From the human T2T-CHM13v2.0 reference genome, Homo sapiens, in the NCBI RefSeq assembly GCF_009914755.1, contig NC_060932.1: a DNA stretch of 64,000 nucleotides; one strand, 5' to 3'. Under the pieces are notes generated by a model. The model did not search any database. It was not told the DNA's origin and worked only from the letters and a program-made list of their open reading frames with translations. This document shows, piece after piece, positions 52,829-64,000 of this stretch. Position numbers and translations under genes: made by a program. How positions within the stretch are numbered: position 1 is the first letter of the stretch; each line of letters begins with the position of its first letter.

Positions 52829-52993
52829 TGCCCCTGTCATCGATGATTCCGTACACGCACTTCGACGTCCAGTTTTTGGAGAAGTTTGGGGTCACCTTCA
52901 GGAGGGAAGGCGAGACGGTCACTCTCAAGTGCACCATGCTGGTGACGCCGGACCTGAAGCGGGTGCAGCCGCGCGCCGAGTGGTACCGCGATG
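52829..52993 (+). CDS. MYOM2: MYOM2 exon 9 (PLSSMIPYTHFDVQF...RAEWYRD; Ig domain My3)
   Basis: Acceptor ctgtgcAG, donor ATG|GTGAGT; 165 nt. Confidence 0.97.
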
Positions 52994-53822
52994 GTGAGTA
53001 GGACACGGCCCAGACCCGGGCACACACCAGGAGGCTTTTGGACGGAAATGTCCTTTAAATGTGGGTGTCAATGTGGCTTTTGTCTCTACCACTGGGTCAG
53101 CTCCAGACAGCGAAACAAACTGAGGGACTGTAGAGGACTTGGTGGCCCACCGTTTGCCTTGAACTTCATCCAGGAGAATCCTGGAGAGGGAGACCCCGAA
53201 CCTAGAGCAGCCACTTAGAGACTGATCGCTGGTACAGTGACAGAAAGAATGATCTCGTGCCATTTAGATTCAGTTTAATGCACATTACTGCATGGAAGGG
53301 GCTGGTTAGCAGCTTGTGTACTATTTCTAGACAGAAATGCTACCTTAGTCGTATTGAGATTCTTTTCTTCCTTCCATCCAGTCATTTTGTTTTTAGAGTT
53401 TGATGATATGGAGGGTCTATGCTGGGTTCTTTGGAGATGTGACAGTAGCCCCTTCAGCTGCACACCCCTGTAATCCCCCACGGGCGGGGGGAAGCCGGTT
53501 GGGGCAGTGGCCGTCCAGCAGAGAAGCAGCGGGCCCCCAGGTGAACCCAGTTTACCTGAGGACAAAGCTGGCGGCCGCTCGCAGCACGTCCCACTTTGAC
53601 CCACTCAAGTGGCAGCCTGTGTTCTGGGCTGTGGGTGCTCAGTTCACGCGTGTGCTTCCACGAAGTGCAGCTGTTGGGATTTTACCAGGCTGAGGCTCTG
53701 CCTTCCGTGGTGTCCAGCTCGACTGTCCTGTCCCGCTCTGAGACGACGCTGGTGTCCCCGAGGCTTTCTTTGCCTGCTGGGGTGATTTTGGATGCAAACC
53801 TTCCGTGTTAACGCTCTTTCAG

Positions 53823-53984
53823 ACGTGCTGTTGAAAGAGTCCAAGTGGACGAAGATGTTCTTTGGAGAAGGCCAGGCCTCCCTGTCCTTCAGCCACCTGC
53901 ACAAGGACGACGAGGGCCTGTACACCCTGCGCATCGTGTCTCGGGGCGGCGTCAGCGACCACAGCGCCTTCCTGTTTGTCAGAG
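53823..53984 (+). CDS. MYOM2: MYOM2 exon 10 (VLLKESKWTKMFF...DDEGLYTLRIVSRGGVSDHSAFLFVR)
   Basis: Acceptor ctctttcAG, donor GAG|GTGCGG; 162 nt; Ig D-x-G-x-Y motif. Confidence 0.97.
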
Positions 53985-54900
53985 GTGCGGGCAGCAGGGT
54001 TCTCAGGGTGCAGACCTTGTGTGTGCCCGGGGAGGGGAGGCAGCCCTGGGAGGAGGGAGGCGCTGGGAAAAGGAGTCCAGAGGGTGTGAGACCACTTTGC
54101 TCCTTGGAGACCCCATGCGGCCCCGATTTTCCCTCAGTGCATGGGCACGCCAGGTGCTTCCTGCCGATGAGCAGACGGAAGAATCGGGACACAATCCGGA
54201 ATAGACCAGAATCATCATTTTTTTGTCTCTTGAATCGTTCATATAGTCATTAGCATTTGAAAAACGATTCCCAAGAGTGAGTGCCCCAGATTTACTCATT
54301 CTCAGGGAACGTAGCCCGAGGATGAAGAGGGGCACAGTGTTGGAGTCCCAGGGAAGAGCTTCCTTACTCTCCTGCCAGCGACTCATTCCCTCTGGACTTT
54401 GGCTTAAGAGAGGCAGATGTGATGATGATGACAGCCAGTGCTGTGACCTCCACCACCCACTTCAGTGAAACTCGTGCTTAAGACACTTGTGGCCATGACA
54501 GCTGTCATCACCAGACGCTTTATGTCAGGCAGTGTGCTGGGGTCCTACACGGATTTCGTCTTCACAGCAGACTCACTAGGGAAGCTTCACTCATTCCATT
54601 TATGAAAAGAAAGACAATATTTGTGATATACAGATATATATATTTATAAAATGCCTATTGTATACAGCCTATAGGTGTGCATGTATGTGCCTATACTTAC
54701 ATAAACATCCATGTATATATAAGCTGGAATTCTTACAGTGATAGCAAAAGGAAATACTGTTCTCAGTTTTCCAGATGAATCCATGGAGGCTCAGAGGCAG
54801 GAGAAATGTCTCTAGGGTAGAGAAGCTCAGATTTAAATTTTGCTGGAGCCTGGAACCTGAGTTCCTGTTATAACTTTGTAGTGTTTTTGGCATCATGTGA

Positions 54901-55240
<340 letters not shown>

Positions 55241-56624
55241 CCACCTACGCTTTTATCAGTGTCTGTTTCACTCCCCTCCTGCTTCTGCCCTGGGCTGCAC
55301 CTCAGCAGCCTCTGGGTTTAGGGGCAGCCTCCTTGCTGAGGCACAGCTGACCTACAAAGAAGGCGTCAGAGCGCTCCTGCGCCATGTAGCTGCTGCTGCT
55401 CTCCGGGTCCCCGGGCTCCCGGCTCCATCCCGATCAGCCGGGCATCCTTACCTGCTGCCCAAGTTCTCACCTTCCCACCTGCCTCCAGCTCCAGTGGGGT
55501 GCAGGACGCATCCATACATCTTCATGATTACTTTTTCCATTGCATCCATTAGATCAGAGCTTAAAGGAAGGACTGTATCATTAAAGAATATTTCATCTGA
55601 AAAGAAAGAGAAGAAATGTCAACCAAACGTATCTCACCCTCCTCACTTCCCACACGATAGCCTGAGCTTGCGAGTCTGTGAGGTTAGACACTCCCGCCAA
55701 GTTTCACTGCTGTTGTTAGGCGGGCGTTAAATGTCCCTTCCGTCTTCTGCATGTGCCTGCTGGTATGATGCTCCGCCCCATAAAAAGGCAATAAATGCAA
55801 CACGGCTCAAATCGCCTTGCTCACTCAGCACCAGCAACAGGAGGAAAATAAGGCAAAGGTGGGGAGTTTAACCATTTTCATCGCTTTCTGAGGCTTTTGA
55901 ATGTGAGAGGAAACCATTTGGCTCAATGTCAGGAAATCCTCAGCTTTTAATACCCTGAAGATATGTTAGCAGGAAACTGGATAGTGCTCACCCTGCTAAG
56001 CATGCGTCACAGGGCAGCCAGGGCTGCTGAATAAATACATAGTTTAGATAAGAAGGTTCACATTCAGTGTATTAACTTTCTATGTTGCTCTGTTGGTTTT
56101 CATGCAGCTGTAATTAAACCTAATTGCATTAGGGTCATCAATAGACTGAGAAACGAATGATGCAATATTGTCCCAAATATTTGCTCAAAGTTGGCGAAAA
56201 GAGTAAATCGCCCAATTTCCTAAGGATTTTGAAATAGAAGAGTATCTCAGGTGATATTTCTCAGGTGTTAGAAATGCCAGATTATTGTCACTGTTTCATC
56301 CGCACATTTTTGCCAACGTGCCGTTATGCACCATAGCAGGACCAAGAGAAGATGACCTGTAATTCAGGATCTAATGACGAAAAATTGTAGACTCAGTGTT
56401 TTATCAAGGATTCTATGTTTTGAAGCTTTTTAATTCATACATAATTTTATATTTCTTGTCACCAACCCGCCAGAGTAAGAAATATTCTAGTACTTTGAAC
56501 ATGAGAATTAAACAGTGGTCAAATCAAGGGGATAGAATTGGAGCTTGGAGGAGCTGTAAACAGGCTTTGCAGTGACCCCAGCCTTTAAATGACAGGCGTG
56601 TGCCTTTTCTCTCCCTGCCCCAAG

Positions 56625-56766
56625 ATGCTGACCCGCTGGTCACAGGGGCCCCCGGTGCACCCATGGACTTGCAGTGCCACGACGCCAACCGGGACTACGT
56701 CATCGTGACCTGGAAGCCGCCCAACACCACCACTGAGAGCCCCGTCATGGGCTATTTTGTGGACCG
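56625..56766 (+). CDS. MYOM2: MYOM2 exon 11 (ADPLVTGAPGAPMDLQ...VTWKPPNTTTESPVMGYFVDR; Fn3 domain My4, first half)
   Basis: Acceptor gccccaAG, donor CCG|GTGAGC; 142 nt; Fn3 W-x-P-P motif. Confidence 0.97.
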
Positions 56767-57072
56767 GTGAGCGTCTTGCATTCTCCCGGGGATGGGAACG
56801 TTCCGCATGGAATCTTACCATGGACAATATATTGAGAAATTTTTCTCAATGCAGGTTGACGTTCCCATTTTTTGATTGGCTCTAGGTACATGGCTAATTG
56901 GTTGTATAAGTTCCTATTTAGGTAATTGGTAAATACGGCCAAGTAGGCTGAGCCCAGCATAACCACACTGGGTTTCTTTTTGTTGAAAGTGGAGGCTCGT
57001 TTGCCTGTTGCACACCCAGTAACCAATCCCACCAACGTCTTCAGGCTCACTCTGAGCCCCGCGCTGTGGTTC

Positions 57073-57124
57073 TGCTGAGGTCCGGGCTGTGCCCCGTACC
57101 GGACAGGGCCCTGGCTTTAGCAGA
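57073..57124 (+). ncRNA. MIR7160: pre-miR-7160 hairpin in MYOM2 intron 11
   Basis: 5p arm TGCTGAGGTCCGGGCTGTGCC (57073-93) and 3p arm CAGGGCCCTGGCTTTAGCAGA (57104-124) match my recollection of hsa-miR-7160. The arms pair, and the stem extends basally (gctgtggtt/aattaaagc). Confidence 0.88.
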
Positions 57125-57513
57125 ATTAAAGCTTGGAACTGTCCTTCCCTCCTGAGAGACAAAGTGCTGCGAAGAATGCCAGCTCATTTCTAACAAAGTT
57201 CTTTCCTTTTCTCTACTGAGGAATAAGGTGTTCTTCTTGTTTCCAAGTGAAAAATCTTGAGCTTCGAAATACTGGAGTTTGTGTTTGAGTTGATAACTTA
57301 CATTTAGGTCATCGTTGGAGCCAGTGGAGTTTGAATTCTTTGACTTCCCGTACTGGGGACAGCGCTTGGAGCCTGGGAAGTGTACTGCACAGAGCCAGTG
57401 GGTTTACTGGATATGTAATTTATGCCCTAAATACAAATTCCAGTTCTTGGAGTAAATTATAGTTGAAGAAAATGAATTTAGAAATTAGACAGAGAGTAAA
57501 AGAGGATGGTTCT

Positions 57514-57885
<372 letters not shown>

Positions 57886-59217
57886 TTAAACAGAAAAATA
57901 AGGTGATTATCTTAGGAAAAAATGAGGGAATTGGCTTTTGTTTGTTTGTTTGTTTATGCTGATTAAATTCTCTTTTCTCTTCCAACAAAACTACTTGTTT
58001 GGCTGAGACCTGTGCCATCAAACTAATATTTTGATATGCTAGAGACAGTTCTGCAGGGAGTGCTGTTCCGGGCTTACCTTGAATTAAGCAACTACAGCAA
58101 GAAAAACAAACCCTCAAAACGATCTTCTTTTCTCCTGGGACAGCTGATAAGTTTTCCCGCCATGTTGACAAAAACCATTTCCTGCACTGTCTCAGCTAAC
58201 AATCCACGCTCCTCCCCTCATTACAAAAAGCGCAAACATGAAATTCAAAGCAACGGAACACTTTGGGAATGAGGGTGCATTTGGAAGTGGGGGGTGCAGC
58301 TCCTCCTCTGCCCTTCCTTTGGGCTTACGACTTGCCAGCTGTTGCCTGAAGTTGCAGGTTTTCCCATCAGACTTTTGGTTTTGACCTGTTGTTCTCTTCG
58401 GCTAAAACAGCCCATGACATGTGGATCAGACAGCTTTCATTAAAAGTGCTGGATACTTAGGAGGAGAGCTGGTTCTTTCCCAGATGAAGGCACCACTCTG
58501 GGGTTGAAGTGCTCCCTCCCAACACTGATTTTCTGAACTAGCTCTTTTCTCCTGGGAATTTCATGTGAAGGTTTTTTTCTTACATTTTTCAACCTGTGAA
58601 AAACAGAGGTTAATCTTTCCTATATTTCCAGGTTTCTGGTCAGGAATTAATATTTTCAAAAGACTTCTAAATTCCACATGAGAGGCATTCTAGAAAGAAA
58701 TGTCCTAACATTATTCTAGGAGACTGTAAGCCAGCTTTCCCAGGGACCTGGGCCCTTGGTCTCACAGAGTGGGACGGGAGCTGGAGGCAGAGGGGGCTGA
58801 GCCTGTTTCCCCAGCCTGGGCCTCAGACGGGCCAAGCCGCAGCTTAGGGGTGCCGTGACTATGTCACGTAAGTCGGAACAAGAACTGTTCAGGATGCGTC
58901 TAAAATAATTTTTTGAGGAGATTTTTGCCTAAATGTGTTTGATGACAGAAATTGATCTTCAGCTATAAATTATTAAGATTCATGGGCATATATTACATAT
59001 ATAATAGATATTACATATAATATATATATTGCATTTTCTAAATAGCTCTGTCTTCTAATGTTTATCTATACAAGTCAATATCTTAGCAGCAAAGATTTTA
59101 CTGGCGTGAGATATTGTCCTGTTATAATCAGTGTGTGCATATATGCATATACCTATGTATATTTAGTAGGTTGCCACATTTGCTATTCTCTGTTGTTTTT
59201 CTTTTTTTAACTTGAAG

Positions 59218-59417
59218 ATGTGAAGTAGGAACGAATAATTGGGTGCAGTGCAATGATGCACCGGTGAAAATCTGCAAATACCCGGTCACAGGGCTTTTTG
59301 AAGGAAGGTCTTACATATTCCGAGTGAGGGCAGTGAACAGTGCGGGCATCAGCCGACCCTCCAGGGTCTCTGATGCGGTGGCTGCACTTGACCCCTTGGA
59401 CCTCAGAAGGTTACAAG
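59218..59417 (+). CDS. MYOM2: MYOM2 exon 12 (CEVGTNNWVQCND...YIFRVRAVNSAG...LRRLQ; Fn3 My4, second half)
   Basis: Acceptor cttgaAG, donor AAG|GTAAGC; 200 nt; Fn3 Y-x-F-R-V-x-A-x-N-x-x-G motif. Confidence 0.97.
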
Positions 59418-60043
59418 GTAAGCTGCTCACGCCTAAGTATCCACTGTGCCCAGGAAGCTTTGGCTGTTTTGTGTGTGATTTGTTGTCTCTTTCCCTCCCA
59501 ACTCGATGTGAGCCCTGAGAATGCCCTGTGTGCAGAGCATAGCACAGGCTGTTACAACGTTCTCTGACATCTCCACCAACATCACTACAGGAATGAAAAC
59601 GGGCTGACGTACACTCTAAAATGAATGTGCCTCTCCTCCAGAAAGCTCTTTGCTGGCATCCAGTTAAATTGGCTCAGAATTAGACCTTTTTTTTATTCCA
59701 TTGGTGATATAATTTCAACACATAATGACACTTAGAAGGCCATCCTATTCTGAGTTTTAATTTTGCATGACACAGATTCCTTAATGGGACTGGGCCCTTC
59801 GTTATGGTTGTAAGCGAGCCACTATATTTTCCTTACGCACATGGTCCTTTGCATCCACCACCAAGAGCTGAGAAGTGCTAACTGTTACCAGGACACTTCC
59901 AGAATCAGCTCTGATGCCCCCAGAGGACTCACAGGTTGTAGTCCTAATGCAGAGGAGATGCAGAGCTGGCACAGAATGAGGGAAAACGGGCTTTTGGGGA
60001 AAACTTCGCATGTCAAATCGAGTGTCAACCTTTCTCTCCGCAG

Positions 60044-60097
60044 CCGTTCATTTGGAGGGAGAGAAGGAGATTGCCATTTATCAGGATGACCTTGAAG
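60044..60097 (+). CDS. MYOM2: MYOM2 exon 13 (linker AVHLEGEKEIAIYQDDLE)
   Basis: Acceptor tttctctccgcAG, donor AAG|GTAAGT; 54 nt, phase 1-1. Confidence 0.95.
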
Positions 60098-61270
60098 GTA
60101 AGTAGCACCTCATCACCCCAGCTGCTCAGCCCCTGGGGATTTGGAGTTGTAATTAGAGATGGGAGAGATGGACAGAGAACGCCCCCTACTGGGCACGGCC
60201 TCTGCATGGAAAAATGAAAACCGCAGGTCAGGCCTGCAAGCCCAGTGTCCATAGAAGTTAAAAAAAAGAAAAAATCAAGCAAGACAGAGTGAGAGGGTGG
60301 GAGAAAGGGTGAAGGATTGGTGACTCTTAGACTCACCTTTCATTTGGGGTTTACAAAGGCGTTCTTTCAGGGACTTGTAGAGAAGAAACCAAACTAAAGC
60401 TCAGACTTGGTTCCTGGGTGATGTAAGATCCTTTCTCACAGATTGCATTGTGAAATCGATTTCATTTTACATTTTCTAAGCAAAAATTTTATTCCTGACA
60501 TTTTAACTGAAATGGATTGAGTCTTTCCTGCCAAATGATGTTCTTGGTCCTTATGTATATTTGATTTTGTGGATATTTCTTCTTCCTGATTTTCCTTTTA
60601 GAGACCTTTAGAAAGAATGACGTGTTAAGGAGAATCCAACATTATTAACTAGAAATCAAAAGGTTTTAACTGGACTTAGAGTTCATAGAGTGCCATGGGT
60701 GAAAACATAAAAAGAAAGATTTCAAATCAGTGTGGAGCCACTGGCTAGAGAGAGGTGATTTTGAGCTGCTCGCTAAAATCACAGCCGTGTTCTCTCTCCT
60801 AGAGCTGCAGACTCAAAAGCGTTTTCTGGATTGGTTTTCTACATCTGAAGCAGATGGATCCCCAACTAGTATCCACACATTGCATGTTCTGCCACATGAA
60901 GATTTTTCTCTAGGATCTCAAAACAAATGTATGTCCCTATGTTTCCCATGAGGGACATAAACTCCCAAAAGAAGACCGTTGAGAGTTCTGGTCAAGCCAA
61001 GGGAACCTTTAAGCCTTAGTCAAATCCTCTGGCTGCAGAAGGACCTAGAACTCAGGAAGGACACTCAATACATAAGGAATGAAAGTGAGGGATTTGAGGA
61101 GGACAACTTCTTGCAGTCTCCTGGGCATCTGGCTTTTTGAGTCAGCCTGGTATTCTGTCTCATGCATGATAAACCCTCCCCATTTTTCGGATGATTAAAA
61201 CATGGATATTTGAATGACTGAAAAATGGCTCCAAATACTGTTAGAAAAGAAGGCCTGCTTGAGGCCGACG

Positions 61271-61939
61271 AGCCCGTGTAGAATGAGGTTGGTTCTGGCC
61301 TCCGGGAGGAACAGGCAGCCCAGCCCGTGTAGAATGAGGTTTGGTTCTGATCTGCGGGAGGAACAGGCAGCCCAGCCCGTGCAGAATGAGGTTGGTTCTG
61401 GCCTGCGGGAGGAACAGGCAGCCCAGCCCTTGCAGAATGAGGTTTGGTTCTGGCCTGCGGGAGGAACAGGCAGCCCAGCCCTTGCAGAATGTGGTTTGGT
61501 TCTGGCCTGCGGGAGGAACAGGCAGCCCAGCCCGTGCAGAATGAGGTTTGGTTCTGATCTGCGGGAGGAACAGGCAGCCCAGCCCGTGTAGAATGAGGTT
61601 GGTTCTGGCCTGCGGGAGGAACAGGCAGCCCAGCCCGTGTAGAATGAGGTTTGGTTCTGGCCTGCGGGAGGAACAGGCAGCCCAGCCCGTGTAGAATGAG
61701 GTGGGTTCTGGCCTGCGGGAGGAACAGGCAGCCCAGCCCGTGTAGAATGAGGTTTGGTTCTGGCCTGCGGGAGGAACAGGTAGCCCAGCCCGTGCAGAAT
61801 GAGGTTTGATTCTGGCCTGCGGGAGGAACAGGCAGCCCAGCCCGTGTAGAATGAGGTTTGGTTCTGGCCTGCGGGAGGAACAGGCAGCCCAGCCCGTGCA
61901 GAATGAGGTTTGGTTCTGCCACGTGGGAAGAACAGGCAG
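61271..61939. repeat. 51-52-bp VNTR, 13 copies (intron 13)
   Basis: Unit CAGCCCGTGTAGAATGAGGTTTGGTTCTGGCCTGCGGGAGGAACAGGCAGCC; AGAATG recurs from 61280 to 61900. Confidence 0.97.
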
Positions 61940-63774
61940 TCCCCCTTCTCACTCCTCACGAGCAGACAGATCAGGGAGGAGGTGGGCAGCCCGGATCACG
62001 CTGAGTGGATGTGTAGGAATCCAGCCTGGCAAAAATGACTCACGGTGAGAAGGTGTAACTTGCTTTATAAATGTCACTTATCTGTGATGAAATTTGCCTT
62101 CTGTAAAGGCCATTGAGAAGAGCACTGGGGAAGGGAAATCATGTAATGGAATGAACCTTCCCCAGGGCAGAAGCCCTGCCTTTTTGGAGAGAGTCTATCT
62201 TTCTAGTGAGACATGATTGTGGTGGGGTACACGAAGCCCGCTGTTCATGAGGTGTCAAATGAAGAAAGAGCGCGTGTCCTGAGGCTTGGTTTGCCAGTTG
62301 ATAAAGTGGAAGTTTGGCATCCAGACACTGTAGCTCTCATTTCCCGTTGGAGTAAAGACACAGATGCTCTTTTCCATGGTCTCGTGTTTTCCTTGCTTTC
62401 AGCAAGGCAGGTTTCTGGCTGACTGGGCCTGTGTCCTCCTCCGTTGGAGGCGGTTGTGAATGTGGCAGGATTTATTCATCCTCAGGGGACTTTTCCAAGT
62501 CTGTGTTTATGCGGTGGGTTATGGGAGGCTGAGGGTGAGACTTAGATGGAAAATTGCTTGACGAGACGTGGACACTGCCTGAGGCTCAGCCTCCCCGGCT
62601 TCAGTTCTCTGACGTGACGCTTTGTGTGCATTGAACAGGCAATTTCCATGGTCAGAAACAAACTGGGTATGAAATTGAAATTCTGCTGTGTTGATATGGG
62701 GTTTTGGAAAGTTTATCTGTTCACCTCAGCCATTTTAAACAAGGAATATGTCCTCTAACTTAAAAAAATCTTTAGCCAAAGAAAGAGATCTATAATGTTT
62801 CGAAGCGAACCATTTCGGGATTCAAGAATTTGCTATTAGGAAGTTCCCTTTTCTACCTGTGTCTTTTTTCTTCAGCTGATTTTTTTTTCTTTTACCATTG
62901 CTTTAGCTGGAAAATACTTGGTAAATGCCCCTTGTTTTAATGAAACAGAAACTCATTACTGTTGCTGGCTAAAAATGGCTCCTCTGCTATTTTTGACTTT
63001 TTGCCGAGTTTTTCTCACCATTTTAATCTTGGGCAATGTCTTCCTTCACACATTTGAATGGCTATCCATGCGCTTGCCTTACCATCAACCCAACTTGCCC
63101 AGTATTTGTTGAATTGCTCCGTTGAAAAATGGACACTGTATTTTTGGAAAGGCCAGAATAGACCCTCACAGAATATAATAAGAGCGTTTTTACTCTACTG
63201 TTCTACTGTGTTATTCTCTCCTAATTATGTATGCAAGCATTGGCTGTGCTTTCCTGGGCCGGGGCATTTGCAGCCCACATGCTCAGTCATTTGCTCTGTG
63301 CTCTGCAGGACCCTTCAATTCTGTCAAACCTAAAATAAACTCGGTGTTTCATTTACTTAGAGAAAAATCTCCTGGGGAGGTTGTAGTTTCCTTAGGTGGA
63401 TGAGGGAACAAAATACAGAAGTTGGAACCAGAAGACCTAAGCCTCGACCCCAGTTCAGCCACCCAGTAGCTGTGCGATCTTAGGAAAGTGATATGTTTTT
63501 ATGAGATCAATTTCTGGATTTTTAAGTGGAGGAAACCAATAGTATCTTCCTCCACACATGAACAGAACCCAAAATAAGATATTGAATGTGAAAGCATTTT
63601 AAAACAATCATATATATTATATATTAATAATGCATATAACATATAATAATACAAAAAGCATGTGTGTTTATATATCTCTCACTGGTTCATTTAGTATTGA
63701 CTTGGCCCAATACTCAATTGGGTGAGGGCAGCATCAGTGCCCTGGGGGTAGAACCGTTGGCCAGTGTCTAGCCT

Positions 63775-64000
63775 TTGCTTAGCAGTGTCTCATGTGTGTT
63801 TAGCAGTGTCTCACGTGTGCTTAGCGGTATCTTATGTGTGCTTAGTGGCATCTAGCATGTGCTTAGCGGCATCTCACATGTGCCTAGTGGCATCTCACGT
63901 GTGCTTAGCAGTATCTCATGTGTGCTTAGCGGCATCTCGCATGTGCTTAGCACCATCTCGCATATGTCTAATGGCATCTCATGTGTGACTAGCAGCATCT
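63775..64000. repeat. 21-bp VNTR running off the window end
   Basis: Unit ~CATGTGTGCTTAGCGGCATCT, about 11 copies visible. Confidence 0.93.

Noticed and set aside
61065-61959. 295-aa and 254-aa minus-strand ORFs
   Set aside because: Translations of the 52-bp VNTR, with no promoter or splice evidence for an antisense gene.

Overview
This is eukaryotic (human/hominid) genomic DNA, not prokaryotic. It is rich in Alu, L1, L2, LTR and DNA-transposon relics and in GC-rich minisatellites. The window holds about 25.6 kb of intergenic/upstream sequence, followed by the promoter and 5' part of MYOM2 (myomesin-2/M-protein, + strand; recalled location distal 8p23.3). I located non-coding exon 1 and coding exons 2-13. 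All have GT-AG boundaries, and together they give 1516 nt of CDS (505 codons + 1 nt) encoding the unique N-terminal My1 head, two Ig domains, the first Fn3 domain and a linker. The gene continues past the window end. The miR-7160 hairpin lies in intron 11. Nearly all entries in the ORF track are spurious (repeat-derived, many with GTG/TTG starts). I found no convincing new multi-gene system. The best leads are RNA-level and regulatory hypotheses: (i) two equally truncated, inverted AluY fragments at the two ends of intron 8 that could zip the intron closed; (ii) a cluster of six RBFOX motifs just upstream of frame-preserving exon 3, which carries the PKA site Ser76; (iii) a duplicated branch-point region before exon 9; (iv) exon 11 and miR-7160 enclosed by inverted Alus; (v) several VNTRs that multiply transcription-factor or RNA-binding-protein motifs. 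Repeat family and subfamily names come from recalled consensus sequences and need RepeatMasker/Dfam confirmation.
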